From the NCBI RefSeq assembly GCF_000306885.1, contig NC_018267.1, positions 300,001 to 332,000 of the forward strand: DNA of 32,000 bases. The letters are read 5' to 3'. The stretch is from Wolbachia endosymbiont of Onchocerca ochengi (lineage in GTDB: Bacteria; Pseudomonadota; Alphaproteobacteria; Rickettsiales; Anaplasmataceae). The notes below the pieces were generated by a model. The model saw only the letters and a list, made by a program, of their open reading frames with translations, was not told the origin of the DNA and made no database searches. Numbering within the stretch: position 1 is the first letter of the stretch; each line of letters begins with the position of its first letter. Shown piece by piece: positions 8,190 to 19,069 of this stretch. The position numbers were made by a program, and so were the translations under genes.

Positions 8190-11129
8190 CTAATAAATTT
8201 CAGTAGGACACCCAGTTGGACCCATAAGAACTATTTGTTCACCTTCTTTGAGATATTTACATAAACTAGTGGAACCACCGATTTCATGAACAATCGTAGA
8301 AATAATTCCCTTTTTCCTATCTACTTCAGTGCCAGTTACAGCTATGCCTTCCATAGCAAGGTTAGTTTTCCTACTATTCCTACTATTGGTTTCAAAGTTC
8401 TGCAGCCTAAAGAACTGTCCAGGTTGAAAATTTTTTGCAGCAAGAGGTGCTTTAATCACTATTTCTAGCACTTTATCAGTTAAATATTGAACTTTCATAA
8501 CCCTTGCAGTAAATTGCTCTTTGATCTTGTTGAAAAATTCTTCGTGAGACTGGTCTCCAAATTTTTTCCGAATCTTAGTACCTGCCATTTGGATGATACC
8601 TTTTTTTGTAAGAGTTACTCTTACATTACAACATTCATACAATCGTGTCCACGAAGCTGAAACCTCAGCTAGAGGAGCATCAACTCCACTCAAAAGCTGA
8701 GAAATGATAGGATAGCCGTTCTTAACACTTGCCATAGCTTTCACAACACTACCTCTATACGAAGGGTGAAGATCACCAAAGAAACTAATCGTTTTACCAC
8801 CTTGATTATATACTAATATTCTATCTTTATCTTGCATCTTAGGAGAAAATATTTGATCTACTTCTTTCCCTGATGAATTTAGATGAGTAAAATATCCATT
8901 GCTCAATTTAAAGTTTTTTTTATCTTCTTCTGCAAGAACTATATTTGGTTCAGTACCTGCTGCTATAAAGATAGAGCGCGCTTTTATATGCTTAATTTCT
9001 CCAGATTTTATATCTCTCAGTCTTATCGACTCTGCATGATTATATTTATCTGTTACAATTTCAACCGGCTCTAAATTCTCAATAAAGTAAACCCCTTCTA
9101 ATAATGCATTTTGCACCTCCTTACTATTTAGTCGATAACTTGGCGAATCTTTCAGATGTTTTCTATATATAATTTTTATCCCCCCAAAGTTCTGCATTAA
9201 CTCCAATATTTTTGTTTCCCTATTTTCTTTTTTTGCTAATTTTTGCTCTTTTCGAATCAATTGTGCATGCGATATAAACTCATCTGCGATTTCATATTCC
9301 TCTTCTGTCCAGTCCCTTTCAATGTAGCTTTTTCCGTATCTATCAACCAATGTTTCATAGCGAAGAAGAAACTTTTCTATTTGAACTGGATAATATGATA
9401 AAGCTTCAGTGGCAGTATCAATTGCAGTGAGTCCTGCACCTATAACAACTATCGGCATACGAACTTGCAGGTTCGCTATGGAATCAAATTTAAGGGCACC
9501 AGTAAGCTGTAATGACATTAGAAAATCTGACGCCATGCGTACTCCACGAGCTAATACATTTTTTACTTTAATCATTCTTGGCTTACCAGAGCCAAGCGCT
9601 AGTGCAATGTGATCAAACCCTAAACTGAATGCATCATCAACAGTTACTGTACCACCAAAGCGAATACCTCCATAAATGGCAAAATTCTTATGTCTTTCCA
9701 ATAATAGTCTGATAACCTTTAAGTAATTCTTATTCCACCGAGAAGTAATACCATATTCTGCTACTCCACCAAACCCACCGGCAGAACGCTTACTTAATTT
9801 TTCATGTTTAAAATCTTTAATCAGCTCAAAACTATCCATCAAAGGTTCAATCTTTAATCCATCAATAGCAATAACGTTATGCCCATCATTTAACAAATGA
9901 TGAGCTAAACTAAATCCTGCAGGACCAAGACCTACAACCAGAATGTTTTTGCTAGTGTTTTCTTTTGGTAGTGGCCGCTGAAAATTTAAAGGATTCCAAC
10001 GACTAAGCAAAGAATATATTTCAAAACCAAATGTTAAACTAAGCACGTCATCCAAAATTTTCGTCTCGATCACCGGTACATCCACAGGTTCTTGCTTTTC
10101 TTGATATATGCATGAATTTGTACAGTCATTGCATATTCTATATCCAGTAGCCGCACATAGTGGATTATCTATCATTACAATTGCAAGGCTGGCTATGCTG
10201 TACCCCTTGCTTTTTACCAGATTCATTTCTGATATTTTCTGCTCCAGTGGACAGCCGTGCAGTTCGACTCTAAGTGGAGAAGTTTTGAATGTTTTATCAT
10301 CATTAATTAACCCCTTAGAGCAGCTATCTTTATTCTGCTTATGACAAAATATGCAATAGTGAGCATTATCTAATCCTTTGCTCAAGTTTACCTTTTCACT
10401 TGTTAGGTCAAAACCATATCGTCTTTTTATTTTTTTTGAATACAGAACCTCAACTTCTTCTACTTTTTTTCTAGAAAATGATACAAGATTTTCGTAGTCA
10501 GTTTTTCTATGAATACTAAAAAGTATACTCTGTTTATTTTTCACTCTCCACGCTGCATATTGTGCCGCAAGTTCTATTTCTTTTTCATGATTTTCTCTAT
10601 CTTCTAACCAGAATATCACCTGTTCGGCAAAGCTTTTCTCTGTTATCGGCAAAGTGAAAAAGCGATTTAGTTCACTAGTAACATAATCAATGTCAATACT
10701 CGCTATATCAGCATATCTATTCAATGCATAACGCTGAACAAATGATCTTTTGCATTTATATATTACATTAAAGTCATCATGCTTTTTTCTCAGCTCTTCT
10801 ATTTCTTTCTCGATGTTAAAAAGCTTTGTGATAAATTCATCAAGTAAATACGAAAGGTCTATAATTAGTTGACTATCAGTCATTTGTATAGTTGATACTA
10901 GTTGTCTCTTAGTTTCTAGTGTCAAGGAGCACTGGGATGACACTGGAGAGTTAGCTGAAATCAATCTGAGTGACATCAAAGAAGAAGCTATTTTTTTTCT
11001 CGCTTCAATCAATGAAAAAAATAAATTTTCATTGCATGATTTGATGTAATCTAAAAATATTTTATCTAATTTTATTAACCCATCGCGGGTATATAAATTT
11101 GAAAACGAAATGTTAAAATTTAGCTGCAT
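8190..11129 (-). CDS. large pyridine nucleotide-disulfide oxidoreductase (GltD/PreT-like) with C-terminal PyrK/FNR-like FAD domain; possibly 3'-truncated
   Basis: 979-aa ORF with cysteine cluster (ATGYRICNDCTNSCIYQ), VVGLGPAGFSLAHHLLNDGHNVIAIDG, VVIGAGLTAIDTATEAL and terminal FNR-like KNFQPGQFFRLQNFE...LMGPTGCPTEIY*. It stops where the NAD-binding half of an FNR/PyrK module would be expected to begin. Confidence 0.85.
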   Translation of the reverse strand: MQLNFNISFSNLYTRDGLIKLDKIFLDYIKSCNENLFFSLIEARKKIASSLMSLRLISANSPVSSQCSLTLETKRQLVSTIQMTDSQLIIDLSYLLDEFITKLFNIEKEIEELRKKHDDFNVIYKCKRSFVQRYALNRYADIASIDIDYVTSELNRFFTLPITEKSFAEQVIFWLEDRENHEKEIELAAQYAAWRVKNKQSILFSIHRKTDYENLVSFSRKKVEEVEVLYSKKIKRRYGFDLTSEKVNLSKGLDNAHYCIFCHKQNKDSCSKGLINDDKTFKTSPLRVELHGCPLEQKISEMNLVKSKGYSIASLAIVMIDNPLCAATGYRICNDCTNSCIYQEKQEPVDVPVIETKILDDVLSLTFGFEIYSLLSRWNPLNFQRPLPKENTSKNILVVGLGPAGFSLAHHLLNDGHNVIAIDGLKIEPLMDSFELIKDFKHEKLSKRSAGGFGGVAEYGITSRWNKNYLKVIRLLLERHKNFAIYGGIRFGGTVTVDDAFSLGFDHIALALGSGKPRMIKVKNVLARGVRMASDFLMSLQLTGALKFDSIANLQVRMPIVVIGAGLTAIDTATEALSYYPVQIEKFLLRYETLVDRYGKSYIERDWTEEEYEIADEFISHAQLIRKEQKLAKKENRETKILELMQNFGGIKIIYRKHLKDSPSYRLNSKEVQNALLEGVYFIENLEPVEIVTDKYNHAESIRLRDIKSGEIKHIKARSIFIAAGTEPNIVLAEEDKKNFKLSNGYFTHLNSSGKEVDQIFSPKMQDKDRILVYNQGGKTISFFGDLHPSYRGSVVKAMASVKNGYPIISQLLSGVDAPLAEVSASWTRLYECCNVRVTLTKKGIIQMAGTKIRKKFGDQSHEEFFNKIKEQFTARVMKVQYLTDKVLEIVIKAPLAAKNFQPGQFFRLQNFETNSRNSRKTNLAMEGIAVTGTEVDRKKGIISTIVHEIGGSTSLCKYLKEGEQIVLMGPTGCPTEIY

Positions 11130-11175
11130 TGCATATATTATGCAGTGTATACACTGTTTTTTACAGACGAAAACT

Positions 11176-11631
11176 TTATATACTCTGCAACATAGCTAAA
11201 ATTATTGCTTCTGCAACCTTTTTTTCACTAACATATGCAACACACTCAAATTTACACGCATTTAAACGTGCATTTTTAATAGTAGCCTGAAGAATCAATA
11301 CATCTCCTGGAGTAACTGGCTTCCTAAATTTTGCATTTTCAATGGACATAAAGTAAACAACTTTATTTTTCACTGTGCTTTGACTTTCTTTACTCAGAAC
11401 ACATATTGCAGATGCCTGAGCTAGAGATTCAATTATCAAGACTCCTGGCATTATTGGATAACCAGGAAAGTGACCAACAAAAAATGGCTCATTGAAAGTT
11501 ACATTTTTGATCGCTTTTATACTTTTACCAGGATTACACTCTATCACTCTATCTACTAAGAGAAATGGATAAGAATGTGGCAGTATTTTTATAATATCAC
11601 TGATATTAAACTGCATGGTACCTGAAAGCAA
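11176..11631 (-). CDS. fabZ: 3-hydroxyacyl-[acyl-carrier-protein] dehydratase FabZ
   Basis: 151-aa ORF with LPHSYPFLLVDRV, FFVGHFPGYPIMPGVLIIESLAQAS and FRKPVTPGD. Confidence 0.96.
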   Translation of the reverse strand: MLSGTMQFNISDIIKILPHSYPFLLVDRVIECNPGKSIKAIKNVTFNEPFFVGHFPGYPIMPGVLIIESLAQASAICVLSKESQSTVKNKVVYFMSIENAKFRKPVTPGDVLILQATIKNARLNACKFECVAYVSEKKVAEAIILAMLQSI

Positions 11632-11633
11632 GC

Positions 11634-12194
11634 TTAATTAACGCCTTTCAAAGTAAACTCGCGCATTTCCTTGTTTATGTTTTTTAATAATACATCTGAT
11701 AAATCAACTTTATCCATAGAGTATAAAATTTGGTTTTTCTTTGGGAGAAAGAATACCAAATCTATGCTGTTTTTTTCTGCAGTTTTTCTAGCAACTTCTT
11801 TCATCTTATTAAAAATATCCTCCACTGCATCTCTATAGCTCTCTTCTAAATGTGACATTTTTTTAGCGTAATTATCTCTAGCGCTTACAGCATACTTGTT
11901 AAATTGATCGGCTTTTTCCTTTCTTGCTTCCTCCGATAAAAGTTCAAATTCTTCTTTTGAGGATTTAAATTTTTCTAGCTCACTCTCAAACTCTTGCTGC
12001 AGTTTAGAGCTTTGCTTTTTTATTTGTTGTTGTATATTTTGTAGAGCAAGAGATTCATTGATAACTTTATCACTATCAACAATCACAATTTTTGCATTGA
12101 ATGCATTCTGAGGTTGCTGTTTTACAGCTTTATAACTTGCAAACAATGAAATAACTAAGGCAATAACTGATATAAGCAATTGTGTGTACTTCAT
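11634..12194 (-). CDS. OmpH/Skp family periplasmic chaperone
   Basis: 186-aa ORF with N-terminal signal/TM, coiled-coil body, NAKIVIVDSDKVINESLALQNIQQQI, and position next to bamA. Confidence 0.85.
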   Translation of the reverse strand: MKYTQLLISVIALVISLFASYKAVKQQPQNAFNAKIVIVDSDKVINESLALQNIQQQIKKQSSKLQQEFESELEKFKSSKEEFELLSEEARKEKADQFNKYAVSARDNYAKKMSHLEESYRDAVEDIFNKMKEVARKTAEKNSIDLVFFLPKKNQILYSMDKVDLSDVLLKNINKEMREFTLKGVN

Positions 12195-14540
12195 TTAAAC
12201 TCCCGCTTCAATAGAAAACTTAATATTTGACGATGGTACTATATCATATGGCTCTTTAACTAGAGGGAAACCAAAATCTAATCTAAATCTACCACCAAAA
12301 GGAGAAGGCATTGAAAAACCAAAACCAGGTGATATCCTCACAAGCTTACTGTCATAATAGTCCTTCTCATACCCAGATTCCTTACTTTTATCATCTAGGC
12401 CAAAAAGCGTTGCGTAGTCAACAAATAATGACCCTTTAATAGCAACATAATCATATAATTTTAGCAGTGGAAAATCCACTTGCTGTGTTAAGTTGAAATA
12501 AGTTTTACCTCCTAAGCTTTCATTTTTATCTTTTGTCCTTGGTCCAATACCAGAGAGGTCAAATCCTCTAATTTCATTACCACCTTTAAAAAAGTGCTGG
12601 CCAATACTTAGCTTTTTAGAAGCATAAGAAAAAACATGACCTGCAGCTATTTTAAAGCGTAGTATTGTATCATCATCAATATTCCTTAATATAGGATGTA
12701 TATAAAAAGACAAAAACTCAGATTTGAGGAAATTTACATTCCCTCCTAGCCCTGAAATATCCTGGCTTAAGCTTAATAAATACCCATCTCTTGGAGAGTA
12801 GAGGTTATCCAGCTTACTATAAGCTAACGTGTACCCCAGTGATGAAATGTGATGCTCGCCTTCTCGGTCAAGTATTATTTTAGAAATACCGCTATTATCT
12901 TTTCCACCCTTATTATCCATCCGTATATGGTTATATTTATAATAATAGCGGAGAAAATTAGTTAAGTTTTCTGTAACTTTATATGATAACTTTGCAAAAA
13001 AACCCATATCACAACTATTGAAAGTAGTGTTTGGTTTATCTTGCTTTTCATAAAATATACCTACACCCAGTGATGTATCAGAGTCGTTAAAGTTGCTTTC
13101 GATAACTTCTAAATCAGTTGAAAATGAATATTGGCCTTTCTCAAGGGCAAAAGAGAGTTCTTTTCCACCACCAAACAAATTACGGTCTTTAAAATCAGTT
13201 TTTAAAAATGCTCCACCAGGGAAAGATATTCCTCCTCCTAAGTATAACAAAGTAGTATTTTTTTCTTTAACATTTAAGTCAAGATTCACCGCATTATCGT
13301 TAATCGCATAGCTATCTATTTTTACTGTCTCAAAAAAATCACTACTAACCAGTTTTCTATATGACTTTTGGATCTTAGATGTATTATATGCATCACCTTC
13401 CGCTATACTAAGCTTACTTCTGATTACTTTATCTAAAGTGCGGTCATTACCACTAATTATGATTCGATTCACATAAATCTTCTTGCCTGGCAGTACTTTG
13501 TAAGTTACATCTATAACATTACCACGCTGTGTATATTCTGGATTAACCTCTGCAAATATGTACCCTCTCTCGCTTAAGTATTTGTTTATCTTCTCTACTA
13601 CACTATTAACTTTAATCTTATCAAATACTTTATTATCTTCTTTAGTTATCAGCCCTAATAGTTCCTCTTTTATGATCGAGTCTTGGATTCTAGCTTTAAT
13701 ATTAATTTTATTGTTTCCAAACAAGTACTGCTCTCCTTCATCGATTAAAAAAGTTAAAACAACTTGATCATTGTTATCGATCTCAACAATTGGCTGTATG
13801 TTATTTTTAATATAACCTTTAGAGGAATAAAAACTATCGAGCAACTCTTCATTGATCAACAAATATTGTGGTGAATAATGATTTTTACCTTTAAAAAAGA
13901 CCATAAATAACTTACTAAATATATCATCACTTTGCATTTTAACAGCTTGCTTCAACTCATTCTCAGAGAAGTTTTTATTACCTATAAATCTTATATCCCT
14001 AATTCTAGATGTTTTACCCTCTTTTATTTTAAAAACTAAATTCACTCTATTACCATCAAGCTTGTTTAGTGCATACTCAATTTTAGCACCAATCTTACCA
14101 CTATTTCTATAAGTTGTGGCTAAGTTCAATAGATCATTTTGTAACTTTGTTTCAGCAAAAATGGTCAAAGGTTTTGACTGAATTACATTATTTAGCAGTT
14201 CTTTGCTTTTAAATAGCTTATTACCTTTTAATGTTATCCTATTGATCAGTGGATTTTCTTGAACTTTTATTACTAAATTTTTTTCATCATCAATGTAAGC
14301 GTTAACACCAGCAAACAACTTTGTTTTATATAAATCTTTTATAATCGAGTCTAGGCTATTATCATTTACATAACTACCAGGCTCTAATTTTGTATAAAAC
14401 CTTATTGTTTGATTACCAACTCGCTTATTACCAATACATTTAATATCATTTATTTTAGTTTTGTTATCGTTTTCTAAAGCAACGAGTAGAACAGGAACAG
14501 AAATAAAAATTACTATTAGCATGCAAAACAGCCTTTTCAT
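12195..14540 (-). CDS. bamA: outer membrane protein assembly factor BamA (YaeT)
   Basis: 781-aa ORF with signal peptide, POTRA repeats (IKCIGNKRVGNQTI..., IRDIRFIGNKNFSENEL..., NRIIISGNDRTLDKVIR) and C-terminal barrel (GGNEIRGFDLSGIGPR, RISPGFGFSMPSPFGGRFRLDFGFPL). Confidence 0.97.
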   Translation of the reverse strand: MKRLFCMLIVIFISVPVLLVALENDNKTKINDIKCIGNKRVGNQTIRFYTKLEPGSYVNDNSLDSIIKDLYKTKLFAGVNAYIDDEKNLVIKVQENPLINRITLKGNKLFKSKELLNNVIQSKPLTIFAETKLQNDLLNLATTYRNSGKIGAKIEYALNKLDGNRVNLVFKIKEGKTSRIRDIRFIGNKNFSENELKQAVKMQSDDIFSKLFMVFFKGKNHYSPQYLLINEELLDSFYSSKGYIKNNIQPIVEIDNNDQVVLTFLIDEGEQYLFGNNKINIKARIQDSIIKEELLGLITKEDNKVFDKIKVNSVVEKINKYLSERGYIFAEVNPEYTQRGNVIDVTYKVLPGKKIYVNRIIISGNDRTLDKVIRSKLSIAEGDAYNTSKIQKSYRKLVSSDFFETVKIDSYAINDNAVNLDLNVKEKNTTLLYLGGGISFPGGAFLKTDFKDRNLFGGGKELSFALEKGQYSFSTDLEVIESNFNDSDTSLGVGIFYEKQDKPNTTFNSCDMGFFAKLSYKVTENLTNFLRYYYKYNHIRMDNKGGKDNSGISKIILDREGEHHISSLGYTLAYSKLDNLYSPRDGYLLSLSQDISGLGGNVNFLKSEFLSFYIHPILRNIDDDTILRFKIAAGHVFSYASKKLSIGQHFFKGGNEIRGFDLSGIGPRTKDKNESLGGKTYFNLTQQVDFPLLKLYDYVAIKGSLFVDYATLFGLDDKSKESGYEKDYYDSKLVRISPGFGFSMPSPFGGRFRLDFGFPLVKEPYDIVPSSNIKFSIEAGV

Positions 14541-14547
14541 GTTTATC

Positions 14548-15729
14548 TTAAAAAAGATGCCTTATATCATTCGATATTGCAATTACCATCAGCAAAAATA
14601 ATATGGTAGCACCAAAAGTAGCTGCATATTTGTGATACCTCGGACTTAAATCTCTACGTATAATTGCCTCTATAATATAATTAAATAAGTGTCCACCATC
14701 TAGTAGTGGAATTGGTAGCAAATTAACTGCAGCTAAAGTAGCTGAAAGGACCGCCATAAAATATAAAACCATAACAAATCCCTTTTTAGTTGATTGTACT
14801 GAGTACTTCGCAATTTTTATTGGTCCACCTATTTCATTTATACTTCTCTTACCAATAACAATTTGAAAAAGAGCTTTAATTGTCAAGTACATAACGTGGT
14901 AAGTTTCACTTACTGATAGACTCACAGCTCCAAGAAAAGATGACCGTTTTAGCCCCGCTATGTTAACTGAAGTAATTCCTATAGTCTTTCTTTTTATTTC
15001 ATCACCAAAAATATCTTTATCCTCAGTTATTAATGGAGTTAGGGTAGTTTTATGTCCCTTGTTATTTCGACTATATCTAATTTCCACTTTGGCTTCTGGG
15101 CTTAACATCATCACACGTGAAATATCTTCAAAATATTTTATTCCATATTCATTAATCTGTGTAATAATATCACCTGGCAATAAACCAGCCTGATCTGCTA
15201 CGCTACCCTCGATTACACTCCCAATCACTGGTGGAGTACGATAATAGCCTGTTATACTAAAAAATACCGTAAAAGCTATAACAGCTAGTATCATGTTTGC
15301 AAGTGGCCCTGCAAAAACTACTGCTGTTTTCTTATATCGTGGTTTTGTATGAAGCGAATATAACCTTTCTTCCTCAGTTAGCTCTTGTTGACTAACTGGA
15401 ACGTTTGCTGTATTATTATCTCCTAGCATTTTAACATACCCACCCAGTGGGATGGCACTTAATTTCCATCTAGTTCCAAACTTATCATAAAAACCAAAAA
15501 TTTCAGGGCCAAAGCCTATGGAAAAAGATTCAACCTTAACTTTACACGCCTTAGCGATAATATAGTGCCCATACTCATGCACAAATATTATAATAGAGAT
15601 AATTAAGGAAAATGACACAAAATAATATATTCCATCACTAAATTGATGAATAAGATTAGAAACTAACTCCACTTGTATCTCAGATCTTGAACAAAACATT
15701 AAGTATATTAAAACGTGCTCGCTTGACAA
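14548..15729 (-). CDS. rseP: RIP metalloprotease RseP
   Basis: ORF with HEYGHY zinc motif, ESFSIGFGPEI, PDZ-like VAGPLANM...GLLPGDIITQIN and LLPIPLLDGGHL. The first ~35 residues of the 393-aa call look non-native, so the start is probably internal. Confidence 0.94.
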   Translation of the reverse strand: MSSEHVLIYLMFCSRSEIQVELVSNLIHQFSDGIYYFVSFSLIISIIIFVHEYGHYIIAKACKVKVESFSIGFGPEIFGFYDKFGTRWKLSAIPLGGYVKMLGDNNTANVPVSQQELTEEERLYSLHTKPRYKKTAVVFAGPLANMILAVIAFTVFFSITGYYRTPPVIGSVIEGSVADQAGLLPGDIITQINEYGIKYFEDISRVMMLSPEAKVEIRYSRNNKGHKTTLTPLITEDKDIFGDEIKRKTIGITSVNIAGLKRSSFLGAVSLSVSETYHVMYLTIKALFQIVIGKRSINEIGGPIKIAKYSVQSTKKGFVMVLYFMAVLSATLAAVNLLPIPLLDGGHLFNYIIEAIIRRDLSPRYHKYAATFGATILFLLMVIAISNDIRHLF

Positions 15730-15770
15730 GCATTTAATTTTACCTTTAAATCAAGGAAAATTTAATACCA

Positions 15771-16043
15771 ATGACGGATATCTCTTTATTAAGAAGAAAA
15801 TTGATGTATAGAAGCTGGCACAGAGGGTGCAAAGAAACTGATATACTCTTGGGGTATTTTGCACTGAAGCATCTTGATAAATTCTCCCTAAACGAACTCA
15901 TTGAATATGAGAGGATAGTTGATCTTGATGACTATGAATTATATTATTACATGACTCGTAAAGTAGACTTCCCTTCTAATGTAAGCAGTAAGATAATGAA
16001 TTTAATTATTTATTTTATTGAAGCTAATCCCCTATGCGTTTAA
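15771..16043 (+). CDS. sdhE: succinate dehydrogenase assembly factor SdhE (YgfY/Sdh5 family)
   Basis: 90-aa ORF LRRKLMYRSWHRGCKETDILLGYFALKHL...YYYMTRK, matching the R-x-x-RG-x-x-E-x-D motif. Confidence 0.88.
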   Translation: MTDISLLRRKLMYRSWHRGCKETDILLGYFALKHLDKFSLNELIEYERIVDLDDYELYYYMTRKVDFPSNVSSKIMNLIIYFIEANPLCV

Positions 16044-16532
16044 CGATCTTATCTACCCTATTTAGTACTTCAGTATATCCTGTTTTTTTTCATTTTTGTG
16101 CTTTTCACGCTATCGATTCTTCTCTTCACTTTCATAAGATATTTTGTGTACTATCCATATAACTACTTCTAATACTTACATATAACATAAAAATCCCTAG
16201 CAATAACTTAACCATCATTTTTATTCTATTAACAATATAAATTCTTCTCACTTATCAAGTTAAACAACTTTTTACTGCTAAGAAAATATATTTTGAGATA
16301 TTGACTTTTTGTAAACTTCTATGCACCAAATGGTTTACCTTTTTTGACTTATAACTCCTAATTAAAAAAACAAATACCATAATTTCAATTCTACTATGGA
16401 ACTTAAAAGTACCTCAAAAACCTATCAACTGTGTAAGCCTTGATGACTATCTCATCTAGGAAAGAATATATCTTTGCCATCTTTATTATTAGATTAGATT
16501 TCGTTACCACTTATACGAAGCTAAAACTCTAA

Positions 16533-18185
16533 TTATTTAGCAGATAGTATTATATTATAGGCTTCAATGCCCAACACTTCCACTTCTATTTCTTCTGACA
16601 TAGAAAACTTTTTATTTTCTGGTAGATGCTCTTGATCTATTAAGAGAGTCACATCATTCTCAACTTTAACAACTAACCCGCTATCTTCCCTCTTACTCAC
16701 AATAGCCTGCATTTTGCCACCTACCTTTACTTTTTTTATTAATTCTATAAGAGGATCATGCTCTATTTGCTTTATACCAAGGTAAATTTTTGCTCGATTT
16801 ACATTAGCCCTTATTACTTTTGCTTCTATTATATCACCAACACTATACTTTTTTATTTGATCTAAACCATTCTTAGACCAACTTATATCCTGTGCATAAA
16901 TTGTCCCTTCCACATTCTCATCTATTTCATAATCATCAAAGGTAATAGATATATATAATCCAGTATTATTCTTAATCTTACCAGAAACAATAGAGCCAGG
17001 AGGGTATTTGTCAATAAATACTTGCCAAGGATTACTTACACACCTCTTAATACTCAAACTCATTCTATTTTTAACAGTGTCAATACTGAGAATCTTAACA
17101 AACACTTCCTGTCCTCTGGTTACAAGATTACTAATTGGTAAATTATTCTTAACCCAAGTTATTTCTGACGAGTGTACTAAACCTTCAATTCCAGGTTTAA
17201 GTTCAACAAATATTCCATAATCCTCTATACTTGTTATATGACCTTTATACACACTACCAACTGGATATCTTAATTCTATATCATGCCAAGGGTTATCCTC
17301 TAATTGCTTTATACCTAGAGAAACTTTCGCATTTTCTTTATCTATTTTTATAACTTTGACTTTTATAGTCTGACCACAGGTAAAAACTGCAGATGGATGG
17401 CTCACTCTACTCCAAGAAATATCTGTAATATGTAATAACCCATCCACAACCCCAACTACGTCTGACTCATGAATACCAACAAATACACCGTAATGAGTAA
17501 TGCTTTTTATTTTTCCCTCTATTATATCACCTTCGTTTAAGGATTCTAAAAATTTAATTTTTTCACCAGCATGCAATTTTTCTAATACCAGCTTTCTTGA
17601 TACTACAATGTTACCCTGTTTCTTATCCACTTTAAGCACAATAAATTTTTGTTCAGTATCAATAAGATGCTTAGCATCTCTCGCTTGCTTTAAGTCCACA
17701 TGGCTCATCGGTAAAAAAGCACTTATTCCATCGCCAAGATCAACAATAAAGCCGCATTTAATTGAACGTTTAATAATTCCACTTACCTCAGTTTGTGTAG
17801 CTGCATCTTCTTCCAACTTATGCCATTTTTCATCTCTAATTGCTTTCTCACGACTAAGAGCTACGTTACCATAATAATCTTCGATTCTTTCTACATACAC
17901 CTTAATTTTAGAACCAACACCAACCTCATCTCTACAACCGAGTTCTTTAATTGAAATTCTCCCATCAGACTTTAAGCCAACGTCAACTACAACGTCGTTA
18001 GGATTTATTTGTGTAACTACACCTTCTACTACATCTCCTTCTTTAACTTTCTTGACAAAAAAACCTTCAAATAAAATATTACCTTGATCTTCAAACTGAC
18101 TTTGACACACCTCTTCTACGAACCTGTTTGACGATAATTTTTTAATACTAGTTGATAGATTTACAGCTGGATCATTATTATTCAT
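16533..18185 (-). CDS. rpsA: 30S ribosomal protein S1
   Basis: 550-aa ORF with repeated S1 domains (GIIKRSIKCGFIVDLGDGISAFLPMSHVD; GIVEGLVHSSEITW; GIKQLEDNPWHD). Confidence 0.96.
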   Translation of the reverse strand: MNNNDPAVNLSTSIKKLSSNRFVEEVCQSQFEDQGNILFEGFFVKKVKEGDVVEGVVTQINPNDVVVDVGLKSDGRISIKELGCRDEVGVGSKIKVYVERIEDYYGNVALSREKAIRDEKWHKLEEDAATQTEVSGIIKRSIKCGFIVDLGDGISAFLPMSHVDLKQARDAKHLIDTEQKFIVLKVDKKQGNIVVSRKLVLEKLHAGEKIKFLESLNEGDIIEGKIKSITHYGVFVGIHESDVVGVVDGLLHITDISWSRVSHPSAVFTCGQTIKVKVIKIDKENAKVSLGIKQLEDNPWHDIELRYPVGSVYKGHITSIEDYGIFVELKPGIEGLVHSSEITWVKNNLPISNLVTRGQEVFVKILSIDTVKNRMSLSIKRCVSNPWQVFIDKYPPGSIVSGKIKNNTGLYISITFDDYEIDENVEGTIYAQDISWSKNGLDQIKKYSVGDIIEAKVIRANVNRAKIYLGIKQIEHDPLIELIKKVKVGGKMQAIVSKREDSGLVVKVENDVTLLIDQEHLPENKKFSMSEEIEVEVLGIEAYNIILSAK

Positions 18186-18362
18186 ACCTTTTCATTTAAA
18201 TTTAATTAGAAATAATATACTATATAATATTAATAATTAGTTACAAGCAGTTTTTTATTAACTCATTAATGTATTGTAAAGGATTACCTGAGCTACACAA
18301 GACACAACTAGTCAAATAAGATACTATAGTAGCTTGCAATACACCCAAATAACATTTTGATG

Positions 18363-18436
18363 TGGAGGCAAGCGGGATTGAACCGCTGACCTTCTGCGTG
18401 CAAAACAGATGCTCTACCCAGCTGAGCTATGCCCCC
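18363..18436 (-). tRNA. tRNA-Ala (UGC), 74 nt, no encoded CCA
   Basis: Reverse complement GGGGGCATAGCTCAGCTGGGTAGAGCATCTGTTTTGCACGCAGAAGGTCAGCGGTTCAATCCCGCTTGCCTCCA folds as a cloverleaf with anticodon loop TTTGCAC. Confidence 0.95.
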
Positions 18437-18597
18437 AGTTGTCTATGAGAATAAACTAACCTATACTCTAGAGTACAAGAAGTACTAAGCTATTGTCAAG
18501 AAGCTATATTATAGTACATATATTATGTATGAAAATTTTAGTTTGATTAAAATAGACAAAAGATGTATTGACGTTTGGTACAGCTAAAAAATGAAGC

Positions 18598-18670
18598 GAT
18601 CCCGTAGCTCAGCCGGTAGAGCAACTGACTTTTAATCAGTAGGTCGCGCGTTCAATCCGCGCCGGGATCA
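18598..18670 (+). tRNA. tRNA-Lys (UUU), 73 nt, no encoded CCA
   Basis: GATCCCGTAGCTCAGCCGGTAGAGCAACTGACTTTTAATCAGTAGGTCGCGCGTTCAATCCGCGCCGGGATCA, cloverleaf with loop CTTTTAA. Confidence 0.96.
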
Positions 18671-19069
18671 TCAGATATATCTTATAGGCTTCCTTCTATG
18701 AAAGTTCTAGCATAACAGCATATATAAATTACCTATAATCATTAACTTTGCTTTTAATTATTTATCTTAAAATTCTCACTTTCTTCTTACTTCTTAATAA
18801 TCTGTTAATTTTGAGTATTTTTCTCAAAAAGGTGAATATTTTTTCATAATTTTAAAAAAGTAAATAAGTTAACAAAATGAATTTTTGTAGCGCCAAAGAG
18901 GACCTATTTCCTGCATGATACAATTAACTTAACTAAGTTAGTAACGATATGTTATCTTCTTATGGAACTAATATTTTTATTATAGCATGATAAAAATCAT
19001 CTAATATAAACAGTTATCAGAAACTTCACATACAACAAGCACTAAAAATTATCTAAACAAAAGCAACAT

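Noticed and set aside
9409-9612. Plus-strand ORFs inside 8190-11129
   Set aside because: Antisense to the conserved flavoprotein. The proline/serine/isoleucine-rich translations are typical of shadow ORFs.
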